Origin: Octopus bimaculoides | Lineage: Eukaryota | Direction: 5' to 3' | Length of the DNA stretch: 64,000 nucleotides | NCBI RefSeq assembly: GCF_001194135.2 | Contig: NC_069001.1 | Location: 4,900,996-4,964,995, forward strand | In this document: piece after piece, positions 1 to 19,950 of the stretch | Position numbering within the stretch: position 1 is the stretch's first letter | How the letters are laid out: the number at the start of each line of letters is the position of its first letter | The notes under the pieces: model-generated | What the model was told of the DNA's origin: nothing | Seen by the model: only the letters and a program-made list of their open reading frames with translations | The model's database searches: none | Position numbers and translations under genes: made by a program

Positions 1-233
1 GGCACATAAAAGACACCATTTCGAGCGTGGCCGTTTTCGTGCGGGTGACACGTAAAAGCACCCACTACACTCTCTGAGTGGTTGGCGTTAGGAAGGGCAT
101 CCAGCTGTAGAAACTCTGCCAAATCAGACTGGAGCCTGGTGTTGCCATCCGGTTTCACCAGTCCTCAGTCAAATCGTCCAACCCATGCTAGCATGGAAAG
201 CGGACGTTAAACGATGATGATGATGATGATGAT

Positions 234-236
<3 letters not shown>
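1..236 (+). mobile_element. Dispersed SINE-like repeat family A, 3' part with (GAT)n tail
   Basis: GGAAGGGCATCCAGC...CCCATGCTAGCATGGAAAGCGGACGTTAAA; further copies at about 2100-2240, 2638-3000, 29590-29770, 41056-41240 and 62900-63080. Confidence 0.85.
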
Positions 237-264
<28 letters not shown>

Positions 265-1214
265 TCACACACATATATACATATATATATACGAAAATAT
301 ACATATACATACATACATAATATATATCTACATATACGTATTTATATACATATATATCCATATATACATTCATTTCATGCAAACATGTATATACATATGT
401 ATGGTGTATCTGGTATAAAATACAGATGATATATCTTATAGCCCCGATCCCAGGTGACTAATGATCAAAGACGATCCATCCGCGACCACCCTGGTTTTTA
501 TTCATGCATTACCTTCACCACCACCACCTCTGGTAACCATGACTCCGGTTTCGTTTTGTGATCACACTAAATGATCCACCAATTCCCACAACGTGGTCCT
601 TTCCAAATAGCTTTCGACCTTCTCCAACCCATTCTCAACCACCTTTTCTTTATCGCATACCCCCCCCCCCAACCGTCACCTTACCTTTCCAATGCATCAA
701 CTTACGAACACCATCATCTCTCCCCCCCCCCATGTGCTAACCATTCTGCCAGCTGTGATTAACAACCCTTTCTACTAAAAGCACAAGGCCTGAACTTTGT
801 GGGGAGGGAACTAATCGAATATATCAGCCCCAGCGTATCACTGGTACTTGATTTACTGATCCTGAAAGGATGAAAGGCAAAGACCACCNNNNNNNNNNNN
901 NNNNNNNNNNNNNNNNNNNNNNNNNNNNNNNNNNNNNNNNNNNNNNNNNNNNNNNNNNNNNNNNNNNNNNNNNNNNNNNNNNNNNNNNNNNNNNNNNNNN
1001 NNNNNNNNNNNNNNNNNNNNNNNNNNNNNNNNNNNNNNNNNNNNNNNNNNNNNNNNNNNNNNNNNNNNNNNNNNNNNNNNNNNNNNNNNNNNNNNNNNNN
1101 NNNNNNNNNCTTATTCTATCGTTCTCTTTTTGCCGAACCGCTAAGTTACGGGGACGTAAACATACCAGCATCGGTTGTCAAGCGATGGTGAGGGAGACAA
1201 ACAGGGACACACAA

Positions 1215-1249
<35 letters not shown>

Positions 1250-1815
1250 GATATATATACATATATACGAAGGGTTTCTTTCAGTTTCCATCTACCAAAT
1301 CCACTCACAAGCCTTTGGTCAGCCCGAGGCTATAGTGGAAGACACTTGCCCAAGGTGCCACATAGTGAGACTGAACCCGGAACCATGTGGTTGGTAAGCA
1401 AGCTACTTACCACACAGCCACTCCTGCACCTTAGCTGTTATCAATAATAATAATTCATATTTATTCAGCTCCCTAGCTTACATCGTGGGCTTCTATCTAT
1501 AATACAGCCATATTAAAAGCAGGGCAATTTTTTTTAAGTTTCAAACTAGAAAAAGCATGTCTTATATACGAGCAAATATAAATAGTTAATTATACAAAAT
1601 AAAACACATCAATTCTCCATAATATAACAATATTCTCTCAAGGTTTATTAATCTATTTACACAAAGAAATAGTTTTGCTGAATGACTTTGTTGATAGTAG
1701 CTGGTTCCAACTTGTTGTTTTTGTTGTCACTGTTGTTGTAGCATCATCATCATTGGTAGTAACAACCACAGAGATAAGAGCAAATAAGAGCCATTTTCAA
1801 GTCAGTTCAGCTGTT

Positions 1816-1893
1816 TTATTCTTCTTCATCATCAGGTGGTATCCCTAATTCTTCATCTGTCCACTTGGATGGAGTAGGGTAGGTAAAATGTCC
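1816..1893 (-). CDS. NDUFB2: NDUFB2 coding exon 3
   Basis: Acceptor ttcttccttccag; encodes GHFTYPTPSKWTDEELGIPPDDEEE then TAA. Confidence 0.97.
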   Translation of the reverse strand, partial: GHFTYPTPSKWTDEELGIPPDDEEE

Positions 1894-4800
1894 CTGGAAG
1901 GAAGAAGAAGGAAAGAAAGTGAGTCAGAAAGGCAACAGAGAAAGAGAGAGAGAGAGAGAGAGTAGGAGATATATGAAGATAATGAGAGAGGCATAAAGTA
2001 AAACAAAAAAAAAACAAATGTAAATGAAGTAAATAAAACAAGGAATTGATAGCAATATCTGACTGTGAGAATCTCTCGTATCAAATTCATCAACATCACC
2101 ATTTAATGTCCACTTTATCATGCTTGCATGGGTTAGACAGAATTTGCTGAGATGGATTTTCTACAGACTGGATGCCCTTCTCGTCACCAACCCTCACCTG
2201 TTCCCAATCAAGGTAAATATTTCCTCAAGGCCAGGCATGTTTCTTTTTTTTATGCACAAAAGGGAAATGAAAAATATTGCTTTCATTTATGTGATTATGC
2301 GTTTTTAGAATGACATTGTAGGGCAGGTGCGAGGGGCCAAGTCTGACCAGTTTTAACATAAAACAGGTAGAATATTATTTGTGCCGAATATGGCAAAAGG
2401 TTAAACCAGTAAGGTGTGACACAAGAGAAAAATCGAGCAGCTATTTCTAGCAGGTTAAGTGGCCATATAGATCAGGCATAAGAAATCTTTCTCATGGAGC
2501 GGGCTGCATGAAACATGGCTTATCATGAGATAGGCCACACTACTAGAAAAATACAAAATAATTTTTGTGCTGTTCAGAAAGCCCTACGGGGGACCCCATT
2601 TGCCCTTCACTGGTGCAGAGTGTCCCTCAATTCACATCATCATCATCATCATTATCATCATTTAACGTCTGCTTTCCATGCTAGCATGGGTTGGACGATT
2701 TGATTGAGGACTGGTGAAACCGGATGGCAACACCAGGCTCCAATCTGATTTGGCAGAGTTTCTACAGCTGGATGCCCTTCCTAACGCCAACCACTCCGAG
2801 AGTGTAGTGGATGCTTTTACGTGTCACCTGCACGAAGGCCAGTCAGGCGGTACTGGCAACAGCTACGCTCGAAATGGTGTATTTTATGTGCTACCCGCAC
2901 AAGAGCCAGTCCAGGGGCACTGGCAACGATCTCGCTCGAAAATCCTATGAAGGCCAGTCAGGCGGTACTGGCAACGGCCACGCTCAAAATGGTGCACACG
3001 AGATATTTAAGTCGGTGCTAACATACTTCATGCATGAGGACAGAATGATTTTAATTTTAATTAAGATTACACAACTTATGAGACTCGTGTACCTTTAGCA
3101 TAATCCTTAAGTATTCAGCTTACTCTGTCAATCGTAATGTTTAAGTTTTCATATTGTTGTGAAATAATCATGCATTGTCTCGTAGCTTCAAGATTCTAAT
3201 AATGTGGTTGTCTGTTTTTAGAATGGCATTGTAGGATAGGAGTGAAAGGTTGAACGTGGTCAGTTTGAATAAAGAACAGGTAGGACTTTTCAGTCTGAGA
3301 TGGCCAGTATTAAATGTCAAAGGGTTAATGAATGGTTGTGGTACAAGGGAGGAAACTGTGAAATTTAAATTTTTAAAAAATACCACATGAGGAATGGAGA
3401 AATAGAGTTTGGGAGAGTGTTTGATTTTTTTGGTAAGTACAGGGGCAACAGTAATTGATTCTAAATTAATTAAAAACTTAATGGGGGAATTCAGCAAGGA
3501 AGGGAGTCTGATCTCTGATAAGTACAGGACAGTCATAAGTTATATCCACAATATACCAAGTCGAAGTGTAACACTACATTTCCACCATATACCAAGTTGC
3601 CATGTAATACAATATTTCCACAATATACCATGTTTGTATAACACAGCACTACATTTCCACAATATACCAAGTTTAAAAAAAAAAATAAAACTACACTATA
3701 CAAAATCACTATATAACATTACATTTCTATAATACACTAAGTCGGTAACTTTACAATATATATAAATATACTGAGGTCTCTCGCTGTAAAGGGGCAACGT
3801 GACTAATTACATTTTAGAAGAGAGAAAGTAGGAGTCAGAGAGAAATGATGGTTGGAGGGAGAGTAGGTGATGACTGGCAGAGCTAAGCAGCAGAATAGCA
3901 ATGATGAAACAATAGACAAGAGAAGGACATGAGAGAGAGAGAGAGAGACGGAGAGATGGTGTTGGTAGATTGCAGGAGTGAAAGTGGGTGAAAGCATGAA
4001 ATGAAGATTAGAAGGATTCAATACTCACGACTATGTGGTCAAACTCGTGATACACCTTGTACATCATCCAATACCAGACTGTGAATCCCAAAACATTACA
4101 GAGTAAAATGGTGGCTTTGTTTGTAATTGGAGGTACATCTCGATACCGAAAACTGAATAAAAAATATAAAAAAGAAAATACATTTACATTATTATTATTA
4201 TTATTATTATCATTAATAATATTATTAAGACGGCAAATTGGCAGAATTGTTAGCATGCCAGACCAGACAAAATGCTTAGTAGTATTTTGTCCATCCTTAC
4301 ATTCTAAGTTCAAATTCTGCCAAGGTCGACTTTGTTTTTCATCCTTTTGGAGTCGATGAAATAAGTACCAGTTGAGCACTGGGGCAATGTAATCAACTAG
4401 TCCCCTCCCCCAAAATTTCAGACCTTGTGTCTTTAGTAGAAAGGATTATTACTGTTATTATTATGTGAGAGAGCTGAGCATGCCCTCAAAGTGACTCTAG
4501 GGTAAAATATACAAAGCCCATTATACCCATTATGACTACCCGTCTGATAAGGGTACACCAGGCACATGCATCACAACCATATGTGCATGACATGGTGATC
4601 TCATATCGAGATACACAGTGCATGACCTTGCAGGTGGGGCCCAGTTCGAATTTTATTCAGGTCGAGTAGCCCATACCACTCAGAAGGTCCCTGAATAAGA
4701 GTTGTTTAAGGATGTTGTACAAAACACCCATGTTTCCAGAGGTGAATTATTCAAACCCCAAAGAATTCCTCTCAGCACATGCCCCCACCTCCACCAATCG

Positions 4801-6622
4801 CTTGATAACCGATGTTGGTGTGTTTACGACTACCGTAACTTAGCAGTTTGGCAAAATTATTCAAACCCCAAAGAATTCCTCTCAGCACATGCCCCCACCT
4901 CCACCAATCGCTTGATAACCGATATTGGTGTGTTTACGACTCCCGTAACTTAGCAGTTCGGCAAAATAGACCGATAGAATAAATACTAGGTTTAAAAAGA
5001 ATAAGTTCTGAGGGTCGATTTCTTCGACTAAAACCCTTAAAGGCGGTGCTCCAGCATGGCCGCAGTCAAATGACTGAAACAAGTAAAAGAATAAACGAAA
5101 TATTTCTATACAAATAAAACTCACTCAACGAAGAACGATAAGCCGTGTTGTTGTGGAACTCATGCCTTTCTCATGGACATCAAAGATGCGAGCAAATAAG
5201 CTTTTCCTCTGGCTTAAAACCGAAGATTTCAACCGTCACATCATTCGTAAATTAAATAAATCAAATTTGATTAATTAAATTTCCAAGATACAGGACACTC
5301 GCTGAGGTGTGTCATGTTTTTTTTTTCTATACCTAAGGATGGATAGAAAAACAGGGACCCACGGGGCAACGCCGTTTCTAGTTTATTAACCTTCACCCCT
5401 AATTGCAAAGTTCCTACCACGTTTAGTTTATGTTCAGCCCTAGGTCAGATCAGACCTGACGCAGCAAATCTATAATGAAAGGCGATCCAACCGTGAACAA
5501 CCCTATCGTTTTTGTTATTCCTTGTTCTGTTTTTCTTTGTTTTAAAACACTGTAAGATGTAATTCAGAGCTGTTATTTCATTACAGATGCGAGCAAATAA
5601 TGAGATTTCCGACCTCTAAATGAATTCTTGTTTAGCATATATGCCAACGATTACCCGGGTTTTATAGCCAAATATTGTGACCTTCACATGGTTCGTAAAT
5701 TAAACAAATAAATCAATATAATTAATTAAATTTCCAAGGTAAAGGAGACAATCGCGAAGGTCTGTTCTATTTATTACACAACCTCTGCGTGGTTAGTAAA
5801 AGAGGGACCACCTGGACGAGGCCGTTTCTTATTTATTAATTAACCTTCATCACAAATTACCAAGCTCTCAGCACGTTTCTGTTTAATCCACGATCAAAGG
5901 CGTTCTAACCGTGACAAACCCACCGTTTTTGTAGTTTCCTTTCCTATTTCTTTTAATGAGGCACACGGTAAGATGTAATTCTAGGACAATATAGTTGCTA
6001 TTTCGTTATTTCATCCCAGATGCGAGCAAATGAGGAGCTTTTCAACTTCTAAAGTTATTATTTTGTTTAGAGTCCATGCTAACGATTGCTTTGGGGTTTA
6101 AATAATTACAGATTTTGATCATCGCACCGTTCGTACATTAATTAAATATATTAATTAATTTCCCACGATACAAGAAGCCGTCGTGAAGGACTTTGCTAGG
6201 TTCCAACCACGTTTAATAAGTTGTTTAGCCCGGGGTTAGACCTGACCAGAGCAGATCTGTGAACGAGGCGTTCCAGCCGTGACAAACCCACCGTTTTTGT
6301 TATTACTATCTTTTTTTGAATAACACGATGTATAATTTAATTCTAGGGGGGGGGGGAATAAAGGGATAGATCATCCAGGCAGAGATGATCGATCCCTTGT
6401 TTGTAGTAATTTAAAGGTCAAATAGGAGAACGAGCGATGAAGTTTAAATATAATAAATATTACCTGAACGAAGAAGACATTTAAACATATAAATGCAAAT
6501 TTAATATCGTATTTAATAATAACTCACCTTCCACCGCCTCCATACCTGACAGGTTGAGAGAGTTTGGTTGAACGAAGGCAGGTATTTCGAAGAGAACCGA
6601 GAAATCTAAGCGCGACAGACAT
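1816..6622 (-). CDS. NDUFB2: NADH dehydrogenase [ubiquinone] 1 beta subcomplex subunit 2 (AGGG subunit), 3 coding exons, 98 aa
   Basis: Exons 6622-6528, 4152-4029 and 1893-1816, all GT-AG with matching phases (2, 0). Translation: MSVALRFLGSLRNTCLRSTKLSQPVRYGGGGS-FRYRDVPPITNKATILLCNVLGFTVWYWMMYKVYHEFDHIV-GHFTYPTPSKWTDEELGIPPDDEEE*. The Arg-rich presequence, GGG motif, W-x-W TM segment and GHF-YP-PS-WTDEELGIPPDDE tail match NDUFB2. Confidence 0.96.
2638..3000 (-). mobile_element. Repeat family A copy with an internal duplication
   Basis: Reverse copy of 1-236; GAAGGCCAGTCAGGCGGTACTGGCAAC occurs twice. Confidence 0.85.
4029..4152 (-). CDS. NDUFB2: NDUFB2 coding exon 2
   Basis: Acceptor ttttttattcag, donor gtgagt; encodes FRYRDVPP...WYWMMYKVYHEFDHIV. 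Confidence 0.96.
4470..4770 (+). mobile_element. Dispersed repeat family E
   Basis: CCGTCTGATAAGGGTACACCAGGCACATGCATCAC...CTTGCAGGTG; reverse copies at about 37180-37585, 42800-43213 and 44931-45370. Confidence 0.8.
4745..4964. repeat. 110-bp direct tandem duplication (3 mismatches)
   Basis: TCAAACCCCAAAGAATTCC at 4751 and 4861. Confidence 0.95.
4855..5095 (+). mobile_element. SINE family C copy
   Basis: CGTAACTTAGCAGTTCGGCAAAA...GGTGCTCCAGCATGGCCGCAGTC...ACAAGTAAAAGAATAA; other copies at about 1110-1225, 7505-7635, 11225-11440, 47050-47260, 49000-49110, 51050-51245, 52380-52570 and 55750-55960. Confidence 0.85.
5184..6345. repeat. Diverged tandem triplication (401- and 433-bp periods) in NDUFB2 intron 1
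   Basis: AGATGCGAGCAAAT at 5184, 5585 and 6018, followed by collinear blocks (GTTCGTA, ATTAATT...TTTCC, CCGTGA...CCGTTTTTGT, GATGTA.TT). Confidence 0.85.
6528..6622 (-). CDS. NDUFB2: NDUFB2 coding exon 1 (mitochondrial presequence)
   Basis: ATG at 6622; ends GGA AG|GTGAGT (phase 2). Confidence 0.93.
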
Positions 6623-9600
6623 CGCTGCTTCCTTCTACAAACACACACGCACTCTCTGTCTTTATCTTTCCCCCTCTCTATCACTTTTAGTCTATCGCTC
6701 TATTTCTCTTTCTCCGCTCCAAGTCTCTTTACTCTTTCTCTCTCTTTGCTCGACACTCTATCCCTCTTACTTGTCTTCCTCCCTCTTTGTCTATTGCTCT
6801 ATCCCTCTCCCCTCTCTACTTGTCTATCGCTCTATTTCTCCCCTTCACTCTCTTCTTTCCCCCCTCTCTCTCTCTAATGTCCTTTCAGATTTTCACTCTC
6901 ACCAATTGCATTCTGGGATATTGATACAAGCGGCTTTCTACAATTTCTATTTCTTCAACTATTTCTGAAATGCCCTTTTTTAAATAATATTTCTCTAAAA
7001 CTATTTTTCTAAATAATTCTTATTTTTTTCATCGATTTTCCTCGTTAAATTCTCAAATTTGTAAAAATCCAAAATAAAATAATTACAATTAATATTCATT
7101 ACAACCGAGTTATCTCTCTTGAATTCCGGTGTTCAAAACTCGCTGGAGTCAACTTTTCATTCTTCCAGGGTCGATAAAATAAAATTGGTGTGATGTAATT
7201 TGTGATACAATTGACAGTATACTCGACCACAAAATGTATAGCTTTGAGACCATGTTTGAAAATACAATGAGATCTACCTACTGAAAGAAAAAACCTTTTT
7301 GATTGGAGTCGATACAGTTTTAATCTATTACAGTAGCGGATCAAATATCCAGTAAGCTTGGGACCGGCAATATCCCGGATTTCTGGATATTTTCCGGTTT
7401 TCTGGAGACTATACTTAAAATATGAAATAACCATGAAAAATAAAGAACTGTTTGTTTCGTATTTATTGATGCACTTAAAATATATCATGCTGTACTATGT
7501 TATCTTTTACATGTTCCAGTCATTTGGCTGCGGCCATGCTGGGGTTCCGCCCAGGGCTTTTAGTCGAACAAGTAAGCCTGGTACTTATTCTATCGGTCTA
7601 ATTTGCCGAACCGCTAGGTAACGGGAACGTAAACATTAAATTCCTGAGACCCCGCAAGCAGACGCGAGAGATTCCAGATAGTGGTCAAAGGGAGACAATC
7701 CCTTGCGCTTGACACACACACACACCCTCCTCCTTTCTATGCGTGCCCGTAAAAATTGCCACGGGGCCTTTTCTCCTGGCATTAAGGTCTGATGAGACGT
7801 GTGTAAATCTAAATTCTTTATATATACATATCTTAGAAGGTTTGGAGGTGATGTACAGGAATTATATATTAGAAAAAATAATTAAGGTACTCAGATATCT
7901 GGATGGTTGTACATTTACAGATTTTAATTAATATGTCACATGTTTTTTATAAATTAGCGCTTGCATCTATTCTTGCAGATTCTCCAGANNNNNNNNNNTT
8001 ATAAATTAGCGCTTGCATCTATTCTTGCAGATTCTCCAGATTTAATTTTTCTTGAGAGGATTTGTCTCTTTTTATAGTATTATTGAATGTTTAGGGGTGG
8101 AGAGAGAGATATATAGGATAGTAAAAGAGGGTGAGGAACGGGAGAGAAAAGTGAGAGAGTGCGTGCGTGTGTGTGTGTGTGTTTTTACACACTCAGACAC
8201 TTAAGCATTATATTATTGAGTCAGGCTAGATACAAGAGACCGTCTGGATTAAAACTAGCCTTTATTAATGAGCGGCAGGTACAAAATAGGCTTACGGAGA
8301 CCCAGCTTCATATATAAGACCAGCGTTAATTTGTTTAAACATAATTTCTGTAACAAGGCATTCAAACAAGTCGCTTCCAAAACAGTCGACCTAGTTATCT
8401 CCCCCTTGCCAACTAGTTTAGCGTCTATCGTTGCTATGTTTATGTTGTGCATTCGTCAACAAGTGCATGATACAAGATTATTGGATCTTCCCGCTTCCTC
8501 AATTACTCTTCCTGTTATTGTGGTTCCTCAGTGTTCGGTTTTAGAAGAGAGTAAGTATGTATTTGTGTGTATTATATGAGTTATATGTAGATGCGATCGT
8601 ATATTTCTTGAGCGCCAAAGCTGGCGAGAACACACACACATACATACATACATACATACATACATACATACATACATACATACAAACATACATATACATA
8701 TACATATACATATATGTACACACACATGCATATACGCATGCTTACATACATACATACATACATGCATACATACATACATACATACATACATACAAACGCA
8801 CACACATATATAATATGTGCAAATTATTATATATATATATATACATACATGTGTGTGTGTGCGCGCGCTGGGTTAAGTGAACGTTTCATTTTAGAATGGC
8901 AGGGAAAAAAATTACTCAACGAATAAAACAGACTTTCTGTATTTCTATATTTCTCTACTTTACTCGATGCTATCGGAGTTTATGCTGTCGAAAGGGAGAG
9001 AGTGTGTGTATGTACATGTAAGTGTATATGTGTATGTGTATATATATGTGTGTGTATGTATATATGTGTGTGTATGTATGTCTGTGTATATATGCATGCG
9101 TACGTGTATTGTGTATGCATGTGTTTATGTATGTGTGTGTGGGTGAACGTTACGCCATGTGCAGCAGGAAATCGATACGAAGCATGTATTTGAGATATTG
9201 ATATTGATAAACTGTTTGTCGAAGGCGTCGATCGATCTCTGACCTCGAGGGACGATTGAACTTGTCCAAGCATGTGCGGACATGAGGCATACCTGAGCAG
9301 AAAACTGACCATAACGGTGCCAGTCGTTAGTAGTAGCAGCAGCAATAGCAGCAGTAGTATGAGGAGGAGGAGAAAAAGGTGGACACGGAGGAAGGAGTTA
9401 TAAGTTAAGGGGGCCATGGAACACAAACGGTCATTGTTGTTGGTGGTGCTGGTGGTGGTGGTGGTGGTGAACTCAGGAGAACTCAAAGGAAAAATTTCCG
9501 ATAGAATGTAGGCTGGTTGTGGTGTGGACGACAAGGTGCGACACAGTGATCTATATATTCTTAGTTATACCATTCCTTTTTTCATCTCCAGGCTACGTTC

Positions 9601-9959
9601 TGAGTTCAAATTCCGCCGAGGTTGACTTTGCTCTCATCCTTTCGTGGTCGATAAATTAAGTACCAGTGAACCACTGGGGTTGATATAATCGACTAGTCCC
9701 CTTCCACCAAATTTGAGGCCATGTGCCTCTAGAAGAAAGGATTATTATTATTATTATTATTATTTGGGTGGCGAGCTGGCAGAATCGTTAGCATGCCGGG
9801 CAAAATACTTAGTGGAATTTCGCATGTTTGCACATTCTAGGTTCAAATCCCGCCGAGGTTGACTTTGCTTTTCGTCGCTTCGGGGGCCGATAAATTAAGT
9901 ACCAGTTTAATCGACTCCTCCCACCCCCAACTGCTACCCTTGTAGCAAAATTTGAAACC

Positions 9960-9993
<34 letters not shown>

Positions 9994-10205
9994 GGAGTGG
10001 GGAGAGGTCGTGTTGAAGAACAAAGAAAGGTAGTATGGGGGTGGTGATAATAATATCCAATTTTTAAATTAATTTTCGTTTCCAATTCAGGTCGATTCTA
10101 TTAAGACAACTTAAGCAGAAGTGTGAAAGAAAAGAAAAAGGAAGAAAAGGGCTGAAAAGAAATCTAAAATAAATAATTAAATAAATAAACGCAATTTTAA
10201 CGAAA

Positions 10206-17103
<6,898 letters not shown>

Positions 17104-17298
17104 TTCATTTTGGGTTGTTGTAGTGGTGGGCAGGGAAGTTCATTATTTTCCAGTGGATAGATTTATAACGAAGGGAATTTATTTGAATTAGTTACGTATT
17201 ATATTTTAAGTATACTTTTATCCTTCTCTCTCTTTTGTTGAATATAGAAAAATCTTATTGCATGCATATGTATACATGCATGTATGTGTGTGTCTGTA

Positions 17299-17356
<58 letters not shown>

Positions 17357-19950
17357 NNNNNNNNNNNNNNNNNNNNNNNNNNNNNNNNNNNNNNNNNNNN
17401 NNNNNNNNNNNNNNNNNNNNNNNNNNNNNNNNNNNNNNNNNNNNNNNNNNNNNNNNNNNNNNNNNNNNNNNNNNNNNNNNNNNNNNNNNNNNNNNNNNNN
17501 NNNNNNNNNNNNNNNNNNNNNNNNNNNNNNNNNNNNNNNNNNNNNNNNNNNNNNNNNNNNNNNNNNNNNNNNNNNNNNNNNNNNNNNNNNNNNNNNNNNN
17601 NNNNNNNNNNNNNNNNNNNNNNNNNNNNNNNNNNNNNNNNNNNNNNNNNNNNNNNNNNNNNNNNNNNNNNNNNNNNNNNNNNNNNNNNNNNNNNNNNNNN
17701 NNNNNNNNNNNNNNNNNNNNNNNNNNNNNNNNNNNNNNNNNNATATATATATATGTATGTATGTATAATTATCACTAATTATGACTGACAGTGCAAGTTA
17801 GCACCTACATTGCTAGAAATAAAAGTTAAAACTCTTTGAGACACAAAGAAACAGGTATCTATGCACTGACAGGGGAGATAAGCGCCCTCCACAGCATGCA
17901 AGATTACTATACTAGTCTAGTTTTACTTAAAATTAAAGCTCATCAGTGGTGATTATTCCATCACTGGATGGTTTGACTAAATTCCAACTGTCAGTATATA
18001 GTATTTACAATATGAATCAATGGCTGATTAAGCAAAATGGCAATGTAAAAATTATAAAATAATGAAGACAGCAATATGCAATATAAAACCAAAAAGGAAA
18101 AAATTCAATTGTCACTAATTATGACAGATGGGGCAGGGAATCACCTACATTGCTAGAAATAAGAGTTAAATCACTTAGAGATGCAAAGAAGCACATGTCT
18201 ATAAACATCAGGTGGTGATGAAACAATTGTAAACAATGTATTAAAATAATTTGCTAACTCCATTCTTTGCTATTTGTTATCATATATCTAATCATGTTTC
18301 ATATACATTCCAGTATGTTAACCAATTTCTCTACCTGACCTGTAATTGAAATTATTGTTTCTGGATAATAAAAATGATACCAGTATCTTCCTTCCTTTAT
18401 TTGTTTTATGTATATAGCACATGTGTATATTTTTGTATACATGCATTCATGTGTATATTTATGTATACATGTGTGTGTTGTAAGTGCTTAAAGTGTTATT
18501 TAGCAGAGGAATAAAGTCTCACTGTTATTTTAAAGTCTGTTTCTTGTGCTATTTTCATGAGTTAACATGTAGCACATGTTATATAATGGCATGCAAGATT
18601 CCGTAGTATACCAAGAGAGACTTTATAACCACCCCAGCTAAATAGCAAAGGTTACTTCAAGTTGATTAAGGTTTTGGTAGGGTAGACTCTGGCAGAGGGC
18701 AATGCTACCAGGGGCGATGTACCAGGGGTGATGTGATGTGAACTGGACACATACTAAGGCTGGATCAGCCCTGGGTGAATACTTCTAATTGTTGACTGCC
18801 CCAAAACAATAAGACCAAGAAACATTATTGGTTATGTATGTGTTCAAGTACATGGCAGGATGGTGATTAGAAAAACAAAGATGGTTTCTTATAGTTTCTG
18901 TCTTCTAAATCCACTTGCAAGGCTTTGGTTGACCCAGGGCTATAGTAGAAGACACTTGCCTGAGGTGCTGTACTGTAAGATTGAACACAAATCCATGGGA
19001 TTGAGAAGGAAATTTAGTCACCCTGCAGCCATGGCTGGGCCAACTGCCTGGGTATATACCATTGTGTAAATAAGAGTGCTTTGCAGTCATATGGTCCCAG
19101 GTTCAGTCCCACTGTCTGGCATCTCGAGCATGTGTTCTCTACTATTCTTTTCTACTCTAGGCACAAGGCCCGAAAATTTGGGGGAGGGGGCCAGTCGATT
19201 AGATCAATCCCAGTATGCAACTGGTATTTAATTTATTGATCCTGAAAGGATGAAAGGCAAAGTTGACCTCAGCAGAATTTGAACTCAGAACATAAAGACA
19301 GACAAAATACTGCTAAGCACTTGCCCCAGCGTGCTAACGGTTCTGCCAGCTCACTGCCTTCGTGGTCCCCACCAAACAATGCCTTGTGAGTGAATTTGGT
19401 TGACCAGGGGGCAAGAGTAGAACTCACATGCCCAAGGTACCATGTAGTGAGATTGAACCCTAACCTGTATAGCTACATAGCGAGCTTCTTAATCTCAGTC
19501 AAGCCTGGACTGAGCATAATTAAATAAATACACAAATAAACAAATAAATAAATAAAAACAGAAAAATAAAGCAGAAAATACGACCATAATTAATTTGATT
19601 TAGCAACCTTATTTTATTAATCCACACATCTGTGACAAAATGATTTAGCAAAGAAATAACATAACAATTAAATTCCATCTTCCTTTAATTTTCCTTAAGA
19701 TTTGTTTAAAGATGTTTCTTACTACAATATAGAATTCCTGATGTAATAACTATGAAAAGTACTAATTAAGTAAGAGTATGCAGTTAATTACAGTTAGTTA
19801 AATAAGAGTATGCAGTTTTTTGGGGTTTTTTTAATCAGTTATGGCATATCTATCATAATTTCTGTATTTGATGGCATAAAAGACGCATGGGCAATGTACT
19901 TCATTTTCAGCAGCTCATATTCAAGGCATGACATATTGGTTTGGAATAAG

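Noticed and set aside
6528-6543. Short start MEAVEG near the NDUFB2 exon 1 donor
   Set aside because: Wrong phase for exon 2; the frame from ATG 6622 gives the correct presequence and GGG motif.
7950-8039. Direct repeat of about 42 bp on both sides of a 10-N gap
   Set aside because: Typical unmerged contig overlap (assembly artefact).
8268-8579. 103-aa plus-strand ORF MSGRYKIG...
   Set aside because: No recognisable domain; its donor (phase 1) spliced to the 10091 acceptor gives no continuous frame into the VWA ORF. More likely UTR or promoter sequence.
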